Origin: Bacteroidales bacterium
Lineage (GTDB): Bacteria; Bacteroidota; Bacteroidia; Bacteroidales; WCHB1-69
Direction: 5' to 3'
DNA: 64,000 nucleotides
NCBI GenBank assembly: GCA_024686335.1
Contig: JAILCI010000012.1
Span: 71,979-135,978, forward strand
How positions within the stretch are numbered: position 1 is the stretch's first letter; each line of letters starts with the position of its first letter. The notes below the pieces were generated by a model. It ran no database searches, was not told the DNA's origin, and saw only the letters and a program-made list of their open reading frames with translations. The position numbers and the translations under genes were made by a program. This document shows positions 36,878 to 45,082 of this stretch, one piece after another.

Positions 36878-37747
36878 CTATTTAGAGGCTACTGGAGCGG
36901 TGTTTTCAAGTAGCATTTTTCCTGCCAGTGTGAGCATGGGCTCAATGGTAGAGTAGGGGATGACGCAACTAGGCATTCCAGCTGCATAGCCGACAATCTC
37001 ATACTGTTGATATCCGAAGAAGACACCCTTGTCCGTGAAATATGGAGGATACTCCGGTAGAGGAAGGGTCTCCTCTGAACTGACAAGCAGACTTTCTTTG
37101 AAATCTGTCGTATCGTTCTCGAAATAATCCTTCATCAGTTTGTTCTTGACGACTTTTGTGAGATTGCCAAGCTCCTCTTCTTGGAAAATGTCATAGTCGA
37201 TACGACGGCCGTCGGATTTGCGGAAGGTCTGACCGTAGGAGATGTTCCAACCATGGGCCCCGCCGGAGTAGCCCTGGTTACTATAGAGATAAGTTACATA
37301 TTGATCTGTCTCGTAGATCTTCTCAAAAAGAATGTCTGTGTCATATATCGTAGTATTGACTATAGTACTGTCATTGGTGGTCATTTCTTCCGAAAATACG
37401 TTGAGATCTTTGAGCCTTTCTTGAGCATAATGAGTCATCATGGCTTTCCCGTTATCAAGGGTGCCGGTGAAGGAACCACCTAATTGCTCTGACATCCATT
37501 CGCGGATGCTGTTGACTACAAAAAAGTTACCTTCTGTTGGGAATTCAGCCATCACATTGACTTTTGCCATGATGTTATATTGGCGCATTGAGTCTACAAT
37601 CACGATAGAGTCGGTTTGTACTTCACCTCCAGCAATTTGAGCCAAGGATGAGATGTTTGATAACGAGTTGTTCTCAACATGACGTTTGCAGCTGACACCA
37701 CAGATCAGACAAAAGCAAACGAGATAGAATAGAATGTTTTTTTTCAT
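36878..37747 (-). CDS. DUF3298/DUF4163-like lipoprotein
   Basis: The start at 37747 (MKKNILFYLVCFCLICGVSCK, lipobox) avoids overlap with the upstream gene. The 'YSGGAHGW' motif and size fit the DUF3298 (RsiV/PdaC-type) fold. Confidence 0.6.
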   Translation of the reverse strand: MKKNILFYLVCFCLICGVSCKRHVENNSLSNISSLAQIAGGEVQTDSIVIVDSMRQYNIMAKVNVMAEFPTEGNFFVVNSIREWMSEQLGGSFTGTLDNGKAMMTHYAQERLKDLNVFSEEMTTNDSTIVNTTIYDTDILFEKIYETDQYVTYLYSNQGYSGGAHGWNISYGQTFRKSDGRRIDYDIFQEEELGNLTKVVKNKLMKDYFENDTTDFKESLLVSSEETLPLPEYPPYFTDKGVFFGYQQYEIVGYAAGMPSCVIPYSTIEPMLTLAGKMLLENTAPVASK

Positions 37748-37763
37748 AGGATGATGGTTGGTT

Positions 37764-38363
37764 TTATTCGATGAAGGTAGCCTCCTTGCCACATTGAGTC
37801 AGGAAGGCCCTAATACTTTCTTTAGCAATTTCTTTGGATTTTCGACGGTTTTCTGCCGTATTGTATTTCTTCGCAATCTTCTGTTCCACCTTTTTGATGA
37901 GAGGTTTAGCATCGAAATCAACGGCGTTTTCTTCGTTTTCGTTGTCAGACGTGAACCAGCTGCTCAGTGTTGACTGATGAAATTCTATAGCAGGTAGTGT
38001 GACAAAAACCTTATTGGAGCCCTCTACAGGATCTTCGGTGTAGGTGACTTTGTCCAAATCTATAGTGAAGCTAACCTGTTGACGAAGGATTTGAACACAG
38101 TCGTGCTCTTTTTTCAGGATGCCTTTGCCCTCACCTAGAATGCTGCTGCCAATACCGCTGCCCATGAAACTACCTTTAGCATACTCTTCCGTGATAGTGG
38201 AATACAAATAGAGGATGCCTGTGGGGCGTACAGATTCTACAGAGGCGATAGTGGGCTTCAGTGTGATTTCTTCAGGGCGTGAACGGTGGGTGATAACCCA
38301 TATCAAAATGATAATTGAAACCACGAACAGCGCGATTATACCTATTTTCAAATATTTCTTCAT
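37764..38363 (-). CDS. DUF4230-like membrane-anchored protein (paralog 2)
   Basis: 199 aa with an N-terminal TM and the patterns '..SFTIDLDKV..' and '..VFVTLPAIEF..', as in DUF4230. Confidence 0.5.
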   Translation of the reverse strand: MKKYLKIGIIALFVVSIIILIWVITHRSRPEEITLKPTIASVESVRPTGILYLYSTITEEYAKGSFMGSGIGSSILGEGKGILKKEHDCVQILRQQVSFTIDLDKVTYTEDPVEGSNKVFVTLPAIEFHQSTLSSWFTSDNENEENAVDFDAKPLIKKVEQKIAKKYNTAENRRKSKEIAKESIRAFLTQCGKEATFIE

Positions 38364-38365
38364 CG

Positions 38366-39010
38366 TTAACTGTTTTTGGTTACAAACTTAGGAGTCAGAC
38401 CGATAGGCTTAAGCATTGATGTGAAGACAATCTCCGTATTTTGAATTATTTCATCGGCGAAGTTTTCTTTCAGTATCTTATTGTTGTTGACCACATCATT
38501 GAAAGCCATAGTCTTGACTTGTTGCATGGTGGACTCTCCCACTTTTTTACGTTGTCCTGTAGAAAGTGTGACAACCTCTTGGTGGTTGCTCACAGGTTCA
38601 AAGGACTGGTCAATGATTTCCGGGTTGGGTAGCCGAATCAAGACAGTGTCATTCTTCTGCAACTGAATGTCATCCAACCCCATCTTATTCAAGTCAATAC
38701 CATATAAAATCTTGATATCTACTGGGATGACGCAAAGACGAGTGCCAAGCTTCCAGGTGGCTGGGTTAATTGAAACGAACTCAGTGTTAGATTCGTAAAC
38801 ACCTATCTTATGAACAATGATTTCGGTTGAAGCTATCTTACTCTCTTTTTGTAACATAGACAGCAACTCTTTGGGAGTTGGATCTGTTAATGTCTGAAGT
38901 TTCGTTTTTGTTTTTTGAGGAATATGAAAGGCCACAAAGAGTATTAACCCGCTGAACAACAGTAGCAGCAGGTATGGTAAAATGCGTCTGAATGTACTTT
39001 TGGATTCCAT
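38366..39010 (-). CDS. DUF4230-like membrane-anchored protein (paralog 1)
   Basis: 214 aa with an N-terminal TM, 'KILYGIDLNKM', and 'VLIRLPNPEII', matching the DUF4230 signature (aGiDL ... LP.P.i). Confidence 0.55.
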   Translation of the reverse strand: MESKSTFRRILPYLLLLLFSGLILFVAFHIPQKTKTKLQTLTDPTPKELLSMLQKESKIASTEIIVHKIGVYESNTEFVSINPATWKLGTRLCVIPVDIKILYGIDLNKMGLDDIQLQKNDTVLIRLPNPEIIDQSFEPVSNHQEVVTLSTGQRKKVGESTMQQVKTMAFNDVVNNNKILKENFADEIIQNTEIVFTSMLKPIGLTPKFVTKNS

Positions 39011-39547
39011 TTATGCAGTTTTTTTCTTGAAGCGGCGGAACAGGAAACCGCCTAGACAAGATATAAATGCTATGGCTAAAACTGTGATGATGACAGGATA
39101 TAAAGAGGAGGTGGTTACACCTAATCTTTTTGAGTTTTTCTGAGCATATTTCAAACCAGCCTGAACGTTTTGGATGAGAGCGTTGGAAGAGTAGGTGGCA
39201 CCGCTGACAGCATCCACTTTCACCTTGGTAGCATCAGCTACCTTCTTGCCATTCCATGAGTTTAGGATTACAGAAGCGCGTTGGAAGAAACTCGGAGTCT
39301 CTTCATTGGACAAAGCGACCACCTTTTCCACTTTTCCGTTCTTAATGTATATTTCAACGGGTGTTGTGCCATTGAAACCAATTACATCTTTGCAAAGAGG
39401 AGTTGTGTTGATAATCAAAGTGCCTTTGTTATCGTAACGGACAGTGTCGTTCTTAAGCAGGGAATTGTGGGCTGCGTGACTTGTGACAGGAACTGCCAGT
39501 AGAATGGCGAATAAAGGAATTAGGATGCGTTTAAGAAGCTGTTTCAT
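39011..39547 (-). CDS. Extracytoplasmic FMN-binding domain protein with C-terminal TM anchor
   Basis: 178 aa with a signal peptide. The FMN_bind core ends in 'VDAVSGATYSSNALIQNV' (Dxx(S/T)GA(T/S) flavinylation motif). The C-terminal hydrophobic segment is 'LYPVIITVLAIAFISCLGGFLF'. Confidence 0.75.
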   Translation of the reverse strand: MKQLLKRILIPLFAILLAVPVTSHAAHNSLLKNDTVRYDNKGTLIINTTPLCKDVIGFNGTTPVEIYIKNGKVEKVVALSNEETPSFFQRASVILNSWNGKKVADATKVKVDAVSGATYSSNALIQNVQAGLKYAQKNSKRLGVTTSSLYPVIITVLAIAFISCLGGFLFRRFKKKTA

Positions 39548-39607
39548 ATATGTTTTTGTTTGTTAATCAATAAGATATTTGATAAAAGTGAAATGGTTAA
39601 AGCGTGG

Positions 39608-39615
39608 CAAAGATA
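39608..39615 (-). promoter_or_regulatory. Candidate -7 box (TAnnTTTG) upstream of the FMN-binding gene
   Basis: The plus strand reads caaagata, which is tatctttg on minus, ~61-68 nt upstream of the ATG at 39547. Confidence 0.4.
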
Positions 39616-39637
39616 CATAATTTTATGTTTCCCTCCT

Positions 39638-40000
39638 TTAGTGCCTTTCTTCCATCCGGCAGCATGCTGGCAACTTGGCACGTACCTTTGGATTTGCCGG
39701 TACTTCGTCTGCATTGTATCCTAACTTGCTAATCTGCTGACGCAATTTGTTAGGATTGGTTTTCCTCCATTGGTAGGAGATTCGCAACCTGGATGTCTTC
39801 ATGTCATATTCACAGCTTGTCACCCCTTTAAAATAGGGAACGTTAGTCATGAATCGGTCGGCACATTTCTGACAAACGCCATTAGTTTGTATGGTGATGG
39901 TGTCTATACCCATTTCGTGTAAGCCATCAGCTTGTGCATTCAACATGTTGACACTCCAACCAAACAACGCCAAACTTAGTAATAAAACGATTTTTTTCAT
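39638..40000 (-). CDS. Secreted heavy-metal-associated (HMA) domain protein
   Basis: The start at 40000 (MKKIVLLLSLALFGWSVNMLNAQ) gives a signal peptide. It has an HMA-like 'ITIQTNGVCQKCADRF' CxxC motif and a C-terminal 'LPACCRMEERH'. Confidence 0.65.
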   Translation of the reverse strand: MKKIVLLLSLALFGWSVNMLNAQADGLHEMGIDTITIQTNGVCQKCADRFMTNVPYFKGVTSCEYDMKTSRLRISYQWRKTNPNKLRQQISKLGYNADEVPANPKVRAKLPACCRMEERH

Positions 40001-40078
40001 TGTATGTATTTTTTGATAGTTAACGATAAAAAGGTGAAAAAAGTATAAAGGAAATAGACGATCAATTATCACTATTGT

Positions 40079-42445
40079 CTATTGCAAAATGATACGTACA
40101 CCTGCATAACCCATGATACCAGTAATCGGAGCGTAAATCATTGTTGCGTCAAAGAAGTCGCCAAAGGGATCTTCAGCTGCCACAATAGGGTCTTTCTGTT
40201 TGTAGTTGAGCATATTTTCAGCACCCACGTAAATCTCCCATCGGCGGAACTTTTTGGTAATCTGTGCGTTAAGCAACGCATAGGTCTTTGAGTAGTCGGG
40301 ACGTTGATACTCTGTTGGATTAGAGTGGGTGTTCGGCAGGCGCGCAGGACCATTCACGTGCAGTGTGATGTTGAACTTCCACTTGTCGTATTTTGTATTG
40401 TAGCTAATGCTTGCGATGCCTTTGTGTGGACTGCTCATCTCTTTTTGTTGCATTACACCACGCACACCATGTCGTACGTCATTGTAACGGTATGCAAACA
40501 GCAATTCAAAGCGTGGAAGCGGTTTGAGTATCAACTCCACTTGTGCGGCATGTGAGCGAGAACGGTTGCCGGTGCCGTTGAAATCCCCGTTTAAGTTGTA
40601 AACGAAGATACTATGCGGATCTTGATTCAGGTCTATAATGGTCTGAGTTACAAACGTGGTGTAGAAGTAGTCGGCTGATACAGAAGCAGTTCCACCTCGC
40701 ATTCGCCACTGCTTGATAAAACTGATACCCATGTTGTAGGCCTCGTCAGGTTGCCAGTTGTCTACTTTCACTTGAAATCTTCGGTTGGAAGTGAGTAAAG
40801 AAAGGTTCTCAGCAAGCACTGATGGTGTACGATAGCCTTTGCCTGCAGATAATCTTATAGAAAAAGTCGGAGTGGCTTGCCATTTGATGTGCAATCGCGG
40901 AGTCCAGAACAGACGGTTGTACATGATGTTGTAATCCAAACGGAATCCGGGCATCACTACTAACTTGTCGTTTAAAATGTATGCATACTCTGCAAAGATG
41001 CCAGGTACCATTTCGTACATCTCATCTATCCAACGGGCTACACTGTAGGGAGCGAAGTGCTCAATGTCATCGTCATTGGTTAGTAGGTCATACAAATAGT
41101 CGAATTGGAAACTGCCACCAACTGTCATTTTGTGTCTTAATTGTTTTCCGAACTTTCTGGAATATAAGACGTTAAGATAGGCAGAGTGTTGTTTGCCCGT
41201 ATATCGGTTTCTTCCAAATAGTCCGTTCATATAATGTCCTGTGTAGTGTAGTATGGTGCCGACACTTTCATCAGGACCTTCGAGGATGAATCCGTTTTTT
41301 GTGATCACATCCCATTTTTTGTGATCAATGATGATGCCATATGTGTTGTTGCCGAGGGTGTCGACGGAGGGTTTAAATGCCATCTGTCCGCCGAAGCGAT
41401 TGTTCCATACAAAGTTGAGTAAGGTTCTGTTTGAGTATTTGTTGGGGATCCTGATGTCCCAGCGGTTCATGACACTGACTTGCCGATCTCGGGGCGCATC
41501 CATAAAACCATCCTTGTTCATGTCCATTTTGGCGAACTGATCGTTGGCCGAAAGCAGAAACATGGTAGAAACACGCTCTTTTTTATCTACATTAAAACGA
41601 GTATTGAGGTTGATTTCTCCACGTCCCATACTGTTACCATAGAGATTCAAAAAGAGTTGTTCGCGGTTTGTCTCTGGCTTCTTGTACTCAACGTCAATTT
41701 GTCCGCTGATGGCTTCGTAACCGTTTGTAACAGAGGTGACACCCTTGGAGACATGTATGGATTCCATCCAACTGCCAGGAACAAATCCGAGACCGAACTG
41801 TTGAGTTAGCAGCCTTATGTAAGGAACATTTTCAATCATGATTTGGCTATACGTGCCTGCCAATCCTAACATGGAAATTTGCTTGACACCCGTGACGGCA
41901 TCGGTAAAGTCCATGTCAACAGCAATTGTACCCTCGAAACTTTCTGCCAGATTGCAGCAGGCGGCACGACGAAGACCTTCTTGCGTGATGACTGTCGTAA
42001 GAATGGGTTTCGTAGAGACATAAGAACCGTCTCCAGAGACAATGCGAATCTCAGGTAACGATTTGGAACGGTCCAAATTAATAATGACTTCCTTTAACGA
42101 TTTAGGTACGACGATGGTGTCAGAAGGAAGTAAGGGATAGGTGACAAGCAGTGTGTCTGTCTTGGCACGACGGAGTGTAAATTGACCATTAGCGTCAGTG
42201 TAGGTACCAATATCTGTACGTAGCCACTTCACTAAAGCTGCCTCTACGGCGGAGGTATCTTGACCAGAAACCTCCAAAACCTTTCCCCGTAGCTCTTGTG
42301 CATAGGAACTTATTGTTGATAGGAGAAGGACGAGTGTTGTAAGTATAATAATTAGATTGTGAAGATGATGTTCGTGAAATATATGCACATTGCATTCAAC
42401 GCCGTGGACATCATCTTCGAGATGTTCTAAAAGATTATGAAACAT
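40079..42445 (-). CDS. TonB-dependent receptor (CarboxypepD_reg plus plug plus barrel)
   Basis: It has 'ELRGKVLEV..', a plug with 'RRAACCNLAESFEG', and a C-terminal 'GYAGVRIIL' barrel end. I prefer the start at 42445 (or the GTG ~57 nt further in) because a -7 box at 42485-42492 lies inside the ORF-track extension to 42529. Confidence 0.8.
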   Translation of the reverse strand: MFHNLLEHLEDDVHGVECNVHIFHEHHLHNLIIILTTLVLLLSTISSYAQELRGKVLEVSGQDTSAVEAALVKWLRTDIGTYTDANGQFTLRRAKTDTLLVTYPLLPSDTIVVPKSLKEVIINLDRSKSLPEIRIVSGDGSYVSTKPILTTVITQEGLRRAACCNLAESFEGTIAVDMDFTDAVTGVKQISMLGLAGTYSQIMIENVPYIRLLTQQFGLGFVPGSWMESIHVSKGVTSVTNGYEAISGQIDVEYKKPETNREQLFLNLYGNSMGRGEINLNTRFNVDKKERVSTMFLLSANDQFAKMDMNKDGFMDAPRDRQVSVMNRWDIRIPNKYSNRTLLNFVWNNRFGGQMAFKPSVDTLGNNTYGIIIDHKKWDVITKNGFILEGPDESVGTILHYTGHYMNGLFGRNRYTGKQHSAYLNVLYSRKFGKQLRHKMTVGGSFQFDYLYDLLTNDDDIEHFAPYSVARWIDEMYEMVPGIFAEYAYILNDKLVVMPGFRLDYNIMYNRLFWTPRLHIKWQATPTFSIRLSAGKGYRTPSVLAENLSLLTSNRRFQVKVDNWQPDEAYNMGISFIKQWRMRGGTASVSADYFYTTFVTQTIIDLNQDPHSIFVYNLNGDFNGTGNRSRSHAAQVELILKPLPRFELLFAYRYNDVRHGVRGVMQQKEMSSPHKGIASISYNTKYDKWKFNITLHVNGPARLPNTHSNPTEYQRPDYSKTYALLNAQITKKFRRWEIYVGAENMLNYKQKDPIVAAEDPFGDFFDATMIYAPITGIMGYAGVRIILQ

Positions 42446-42484
42446 AGCTATCAGTATTTCTATAAACGCCTTAATTTTCGGCGG

Positions 42485-42492
42485 CAAAATTA
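42485..42492 (-). promoter_or_regulatory. Candidate -7 box (TAnnTTTG) for the TonB receptor / HMA operon
   Basis: The plus strand reads caaaatta, which is taattttg on minus, 40-47 nt upstream of the ATG at 42445. Confidence 0.45.
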
Positions 42493-42581
42493 AGGAAATA
42501 TTTACGCAACCGAGTTGCAAAGTCAACAATCTCTGCTACCCGAGAAAGTTGTCAGGTTTAAGGTTTTAGAATGAGAGTAGT

Positions 42582-43778
42582 CTATTTTTTGGAAAGCTGA
42601 ACTTTGACATCGTTCAGAACATTCATATAGTTGATGAATGCCTGATACGGCGATGAATAAACCTCAAAGTTACGTTTGACGAATCGATGCTCCAACCATT
42701 TGTCACTCATAAAGTTAAAATGGTCTGCACCTTGTAGACGTAACCAAGCCAATTTAGCCTCTTTATTTTTCGATTTTTTATACAAATCTTCCAATTTAAA
42801 GAGTTGTTCAAAGGCTTCTTGTTGCAGATTATTGCCAATCCACTCGTTGGTGTCTTTTTCTTCGCCGGAGCAGGAGATAGGCCAAGGAGCGTGCAGAGTG
42901 GAGACGGGTGTGTCGAGCTTAAGAACTTCCATCGGGGTGATAAACTCGAAGTTTCCATTTTGTACCAGTTTGTCTATCAATGAACTGAAGAAGTCAAAGA
43001 TGCCAGTCTCAGCGGGATAGTGTTCGCCCATGGTCTCGTAATCCCAGAAGAAATTAAAGAGAGGGCCATCGCTTTCGCCCATGGTATGTTGCAGGAACTG
43101 CATATACTTTTCTGCTGTCAGCGGATACTGATCCCAGGACTTGTCTTGGAAGCGGAGCGTGATATCGTCGCAGAGACGGTAAGAACGCAGCAATAAGCGG
43201 AGGTCGGTCTGATAAGGGTTACAGTAGAGGAAGGAAGTGTTCTTCCAACCAAGGATGTGGCGTGCGCCCTCTGTAAGAACTACCTGATAGCCTGCTTCGC
43301 TCAACCATTCGCCAATCTCATCAGAATAGATGATCTCTGTGTTGCAGAAACTCTTGGGCTTGACGCCAAAAGTTTCCTTCAACAACTTCTCTTGCAAACG
43401 AACTTGTTCATGAAATGTGGTTTTGTTGTTTAGCGAAGCAATGCTGTGGGTGAAAGTGTTGCCTGTTATCTCCACACATCCAGTCGCTATCAAGGCCTTG
43501 AAACTGTCTATAACCTCAGGACAATACTGCTTGAAAAGCATGATGGAACTACCAGAAATACTGAAGCTTAGTTTGAACTTCTTGCCATATTTCTCTATCA
43601 GCTCCAACATCATTTTGTTGGCTGGCAGGTAGCAACGCTCAGCAAGACGTTGGGTGAGGTAGTGGTTTTGATAGTCATCATAATAGTCGTGGTTCTCGTT
43701 GATGTCGAAGAACCTATAAGTGCGAAGCCGGAAGGGCTGGCTAATCTGAAAGTGGAAACATATATTTTTCATAATCAT
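42582..43778 (-). CDS. Glycoside hydrolase family 57 (alpha-amylase/branching-type)
   Basis: 398 aa. The N-terminal 'ICFHFQISQPFRLRTYRFFDI' and 'SFSISGSSIMLF' are typical of GH57. It has a 4-nt overlap with the upstream GT4 gene. Confidence 0.75.
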   Translation of the reverse strand: MIMKNICFHFQISQPFRLRTYRFFDINENHDYYDDYQNHYLTQRLAERCYLPANKMMLELIEKYGKKFKLSFSISGSSIMLFKQYCPEVIDSFKALIATGCVEITGNTFTHSIASLNNKTTFHEQVRLQEKLLKETFGVKPKSFCNTEIIYSDEIGEWLSEAGYQVVLTEGARHILGWKNTSFLYCNPYQTDLRLLLRSYRLCDDITLRFQDKSWDQYPLTAEKYMQFLQHTMGESDGPLFNFFWDYETMGEHYPAETGIFDFFSSLIDKLVQNGNFEFITPMEVLKLDTPVSTLHAPWPISCSGEEKDTNEWIGNNLQQEAFEQLFKLEDLYKKSKNKEAKLAWLRLQGADHFNFMSDKWLEHRFVKRNFEVYSSPYQAFINYMNVLNDVKVQLSKK

Positions 43779-45052
43779 GCATATTTTTCATAAATTAATT
43801 TGAGTCTACGAGCCACATCTTCCCATTTGAGGTTGTTTGCCTCTTCCTGACCTTTGACGGAGAGTACATTGTAAAGGGCGGGGTAGTGGAGAATGCCGTG
43901 GATGGCGTCGGCCATGGCGTTGGTGTCCCAGAAATCGACCTTAATGGCATAGTGGAGCACTTCTGACACGCCCGACTGTTTGGAGATGATGACAGGCACC
44001 TTTGATTGCATGGCCTCTAGGGGCGAGATGCCGAAAGGCTCGGATATAGAGGGCATCACATAGACGTCACTCATGCCGAACATTTTGTCAATATCGGTGC
44101 CGCGCAGGAATCCAGTGAAGTGGAATCGGTCAGAGATGCCTAGTTCAGCCACGCGGTCGATGACAGCCTTCATCATGTCGCCGTCGCCAGCCAGCACAAA
44201 GCGTACGTTGGGGTCGCGGTCCAGTACCAATTTGGCGGTCTCTACAAAGTAGATAGGTCCTTTCTGGAAAGTGACGCGTCCCAAGAAGGTGACGATTTTC
44301 TCGTTTACATTCTTAGCAAAGACGTGTTTCTGCGGGTTTGGAACTACTGCATTGTGGAGTGTGTAAACCTTGTCGGCGGGGATGCCATATTTCTCGATGA
44401 CGGTCTGGCGAGTCAGGTTGCTGACAGCGCAGACGGCATCGGCGGCCATCATGCCTTCACGTTCCAAATTGTATACTATGTCGTTACGGTTTTTCTCTCC
44501 GGAGCGATCGTATTCGGTGGCGTGGATATGCACAACTAGAGGCTTTCCACTCACTCTTTTAGCAGCCATACCAGCACGATAGGTCAGCCAGTCGTGCGCA
44601 TGTATGATGTCGAACTCTTCATTACGGGCAATTTCTGCCGCCACCTCTGCATAGCGAGCTACCTCCTGCATCAGATTAGGACCATAGCCGGGAGTGAAGA
44701 CATAACGGCGCTTAGTCCCAGAAGTGTGCTCATTGATTAGTCCACTGTCAATCTGATTCACTACATTATAATAGTCATCGAGACCGACATAAGGAATCAT
44801 ATTGGTGTTGACTTGCAGATAGGATACCTGGTGATCGCTTGTATAGAAACTGGCCATACGGGTGTCCACTTCCACGTCGCTGGCATTGACGACCCGCACA
44901 TATGTCGGATCCTCATCGCCAGAGGCCTTGGGCATAACAAAGGTAACATCTACCCCATTGATAGACAAACCCTTTGTGAGACCGTAGCAGGCAGTTCCTA
45001 AACCTCCAGAGATGTGAGGTGGAAACTCCCATCCAAACATTAAAACTCTCAT
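43775..45052 (-). CDS. GT4-type glycogen (alpha-glucan) synthase
   Basis: 425 aa with 'MRVLMFGWEFPPHISGGLGTACYGL' and 'MPSISEPFGISPLEAM'. It is flanked by GH57 and debranching-enzyme genes. Confidence 0.75.
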   Translation of the reverse strand: MRVLMFGWEFPPHISGGLGTACYGLTKGLSINGVDVTFVMPKASGDEDPTYVRVVNASDVEVDTRMASFYTSDHQVSYLQVNTNMIPYVGLDDYYNVVNQIDSGLINEHTSGTKRRYVFTPGYGPNLMQEVARYAEVAAEIARNEEFDIIHAHDWLTYRAGMAAKRVSGKPLVVHIHATEYDRSGEKNRNDIVYNLEREGMMAADAVCAVSNLTRQTVIEKYGIPADKVYTLHNAVVPNPQKHVFAKNVNEKIVTFLGRVTFQKGPIYFVETAKLVLDRDPNVRFVLAGDGDMMKAVIDRVAELGISDRFHFTGFLRGTDIDKMFGMSDVYVMPSISEPFGISPLEAMQSKVPVIISKQSGVSEVLHYAIKVDFWDTNAMADAIHGILHYPALYNVLSVKGQEEANNLKWEDVARRLKLIYEKYA

Positions 45053-45082
45053 ATTGTTTTGTTTAATTCATTACATTCATTC

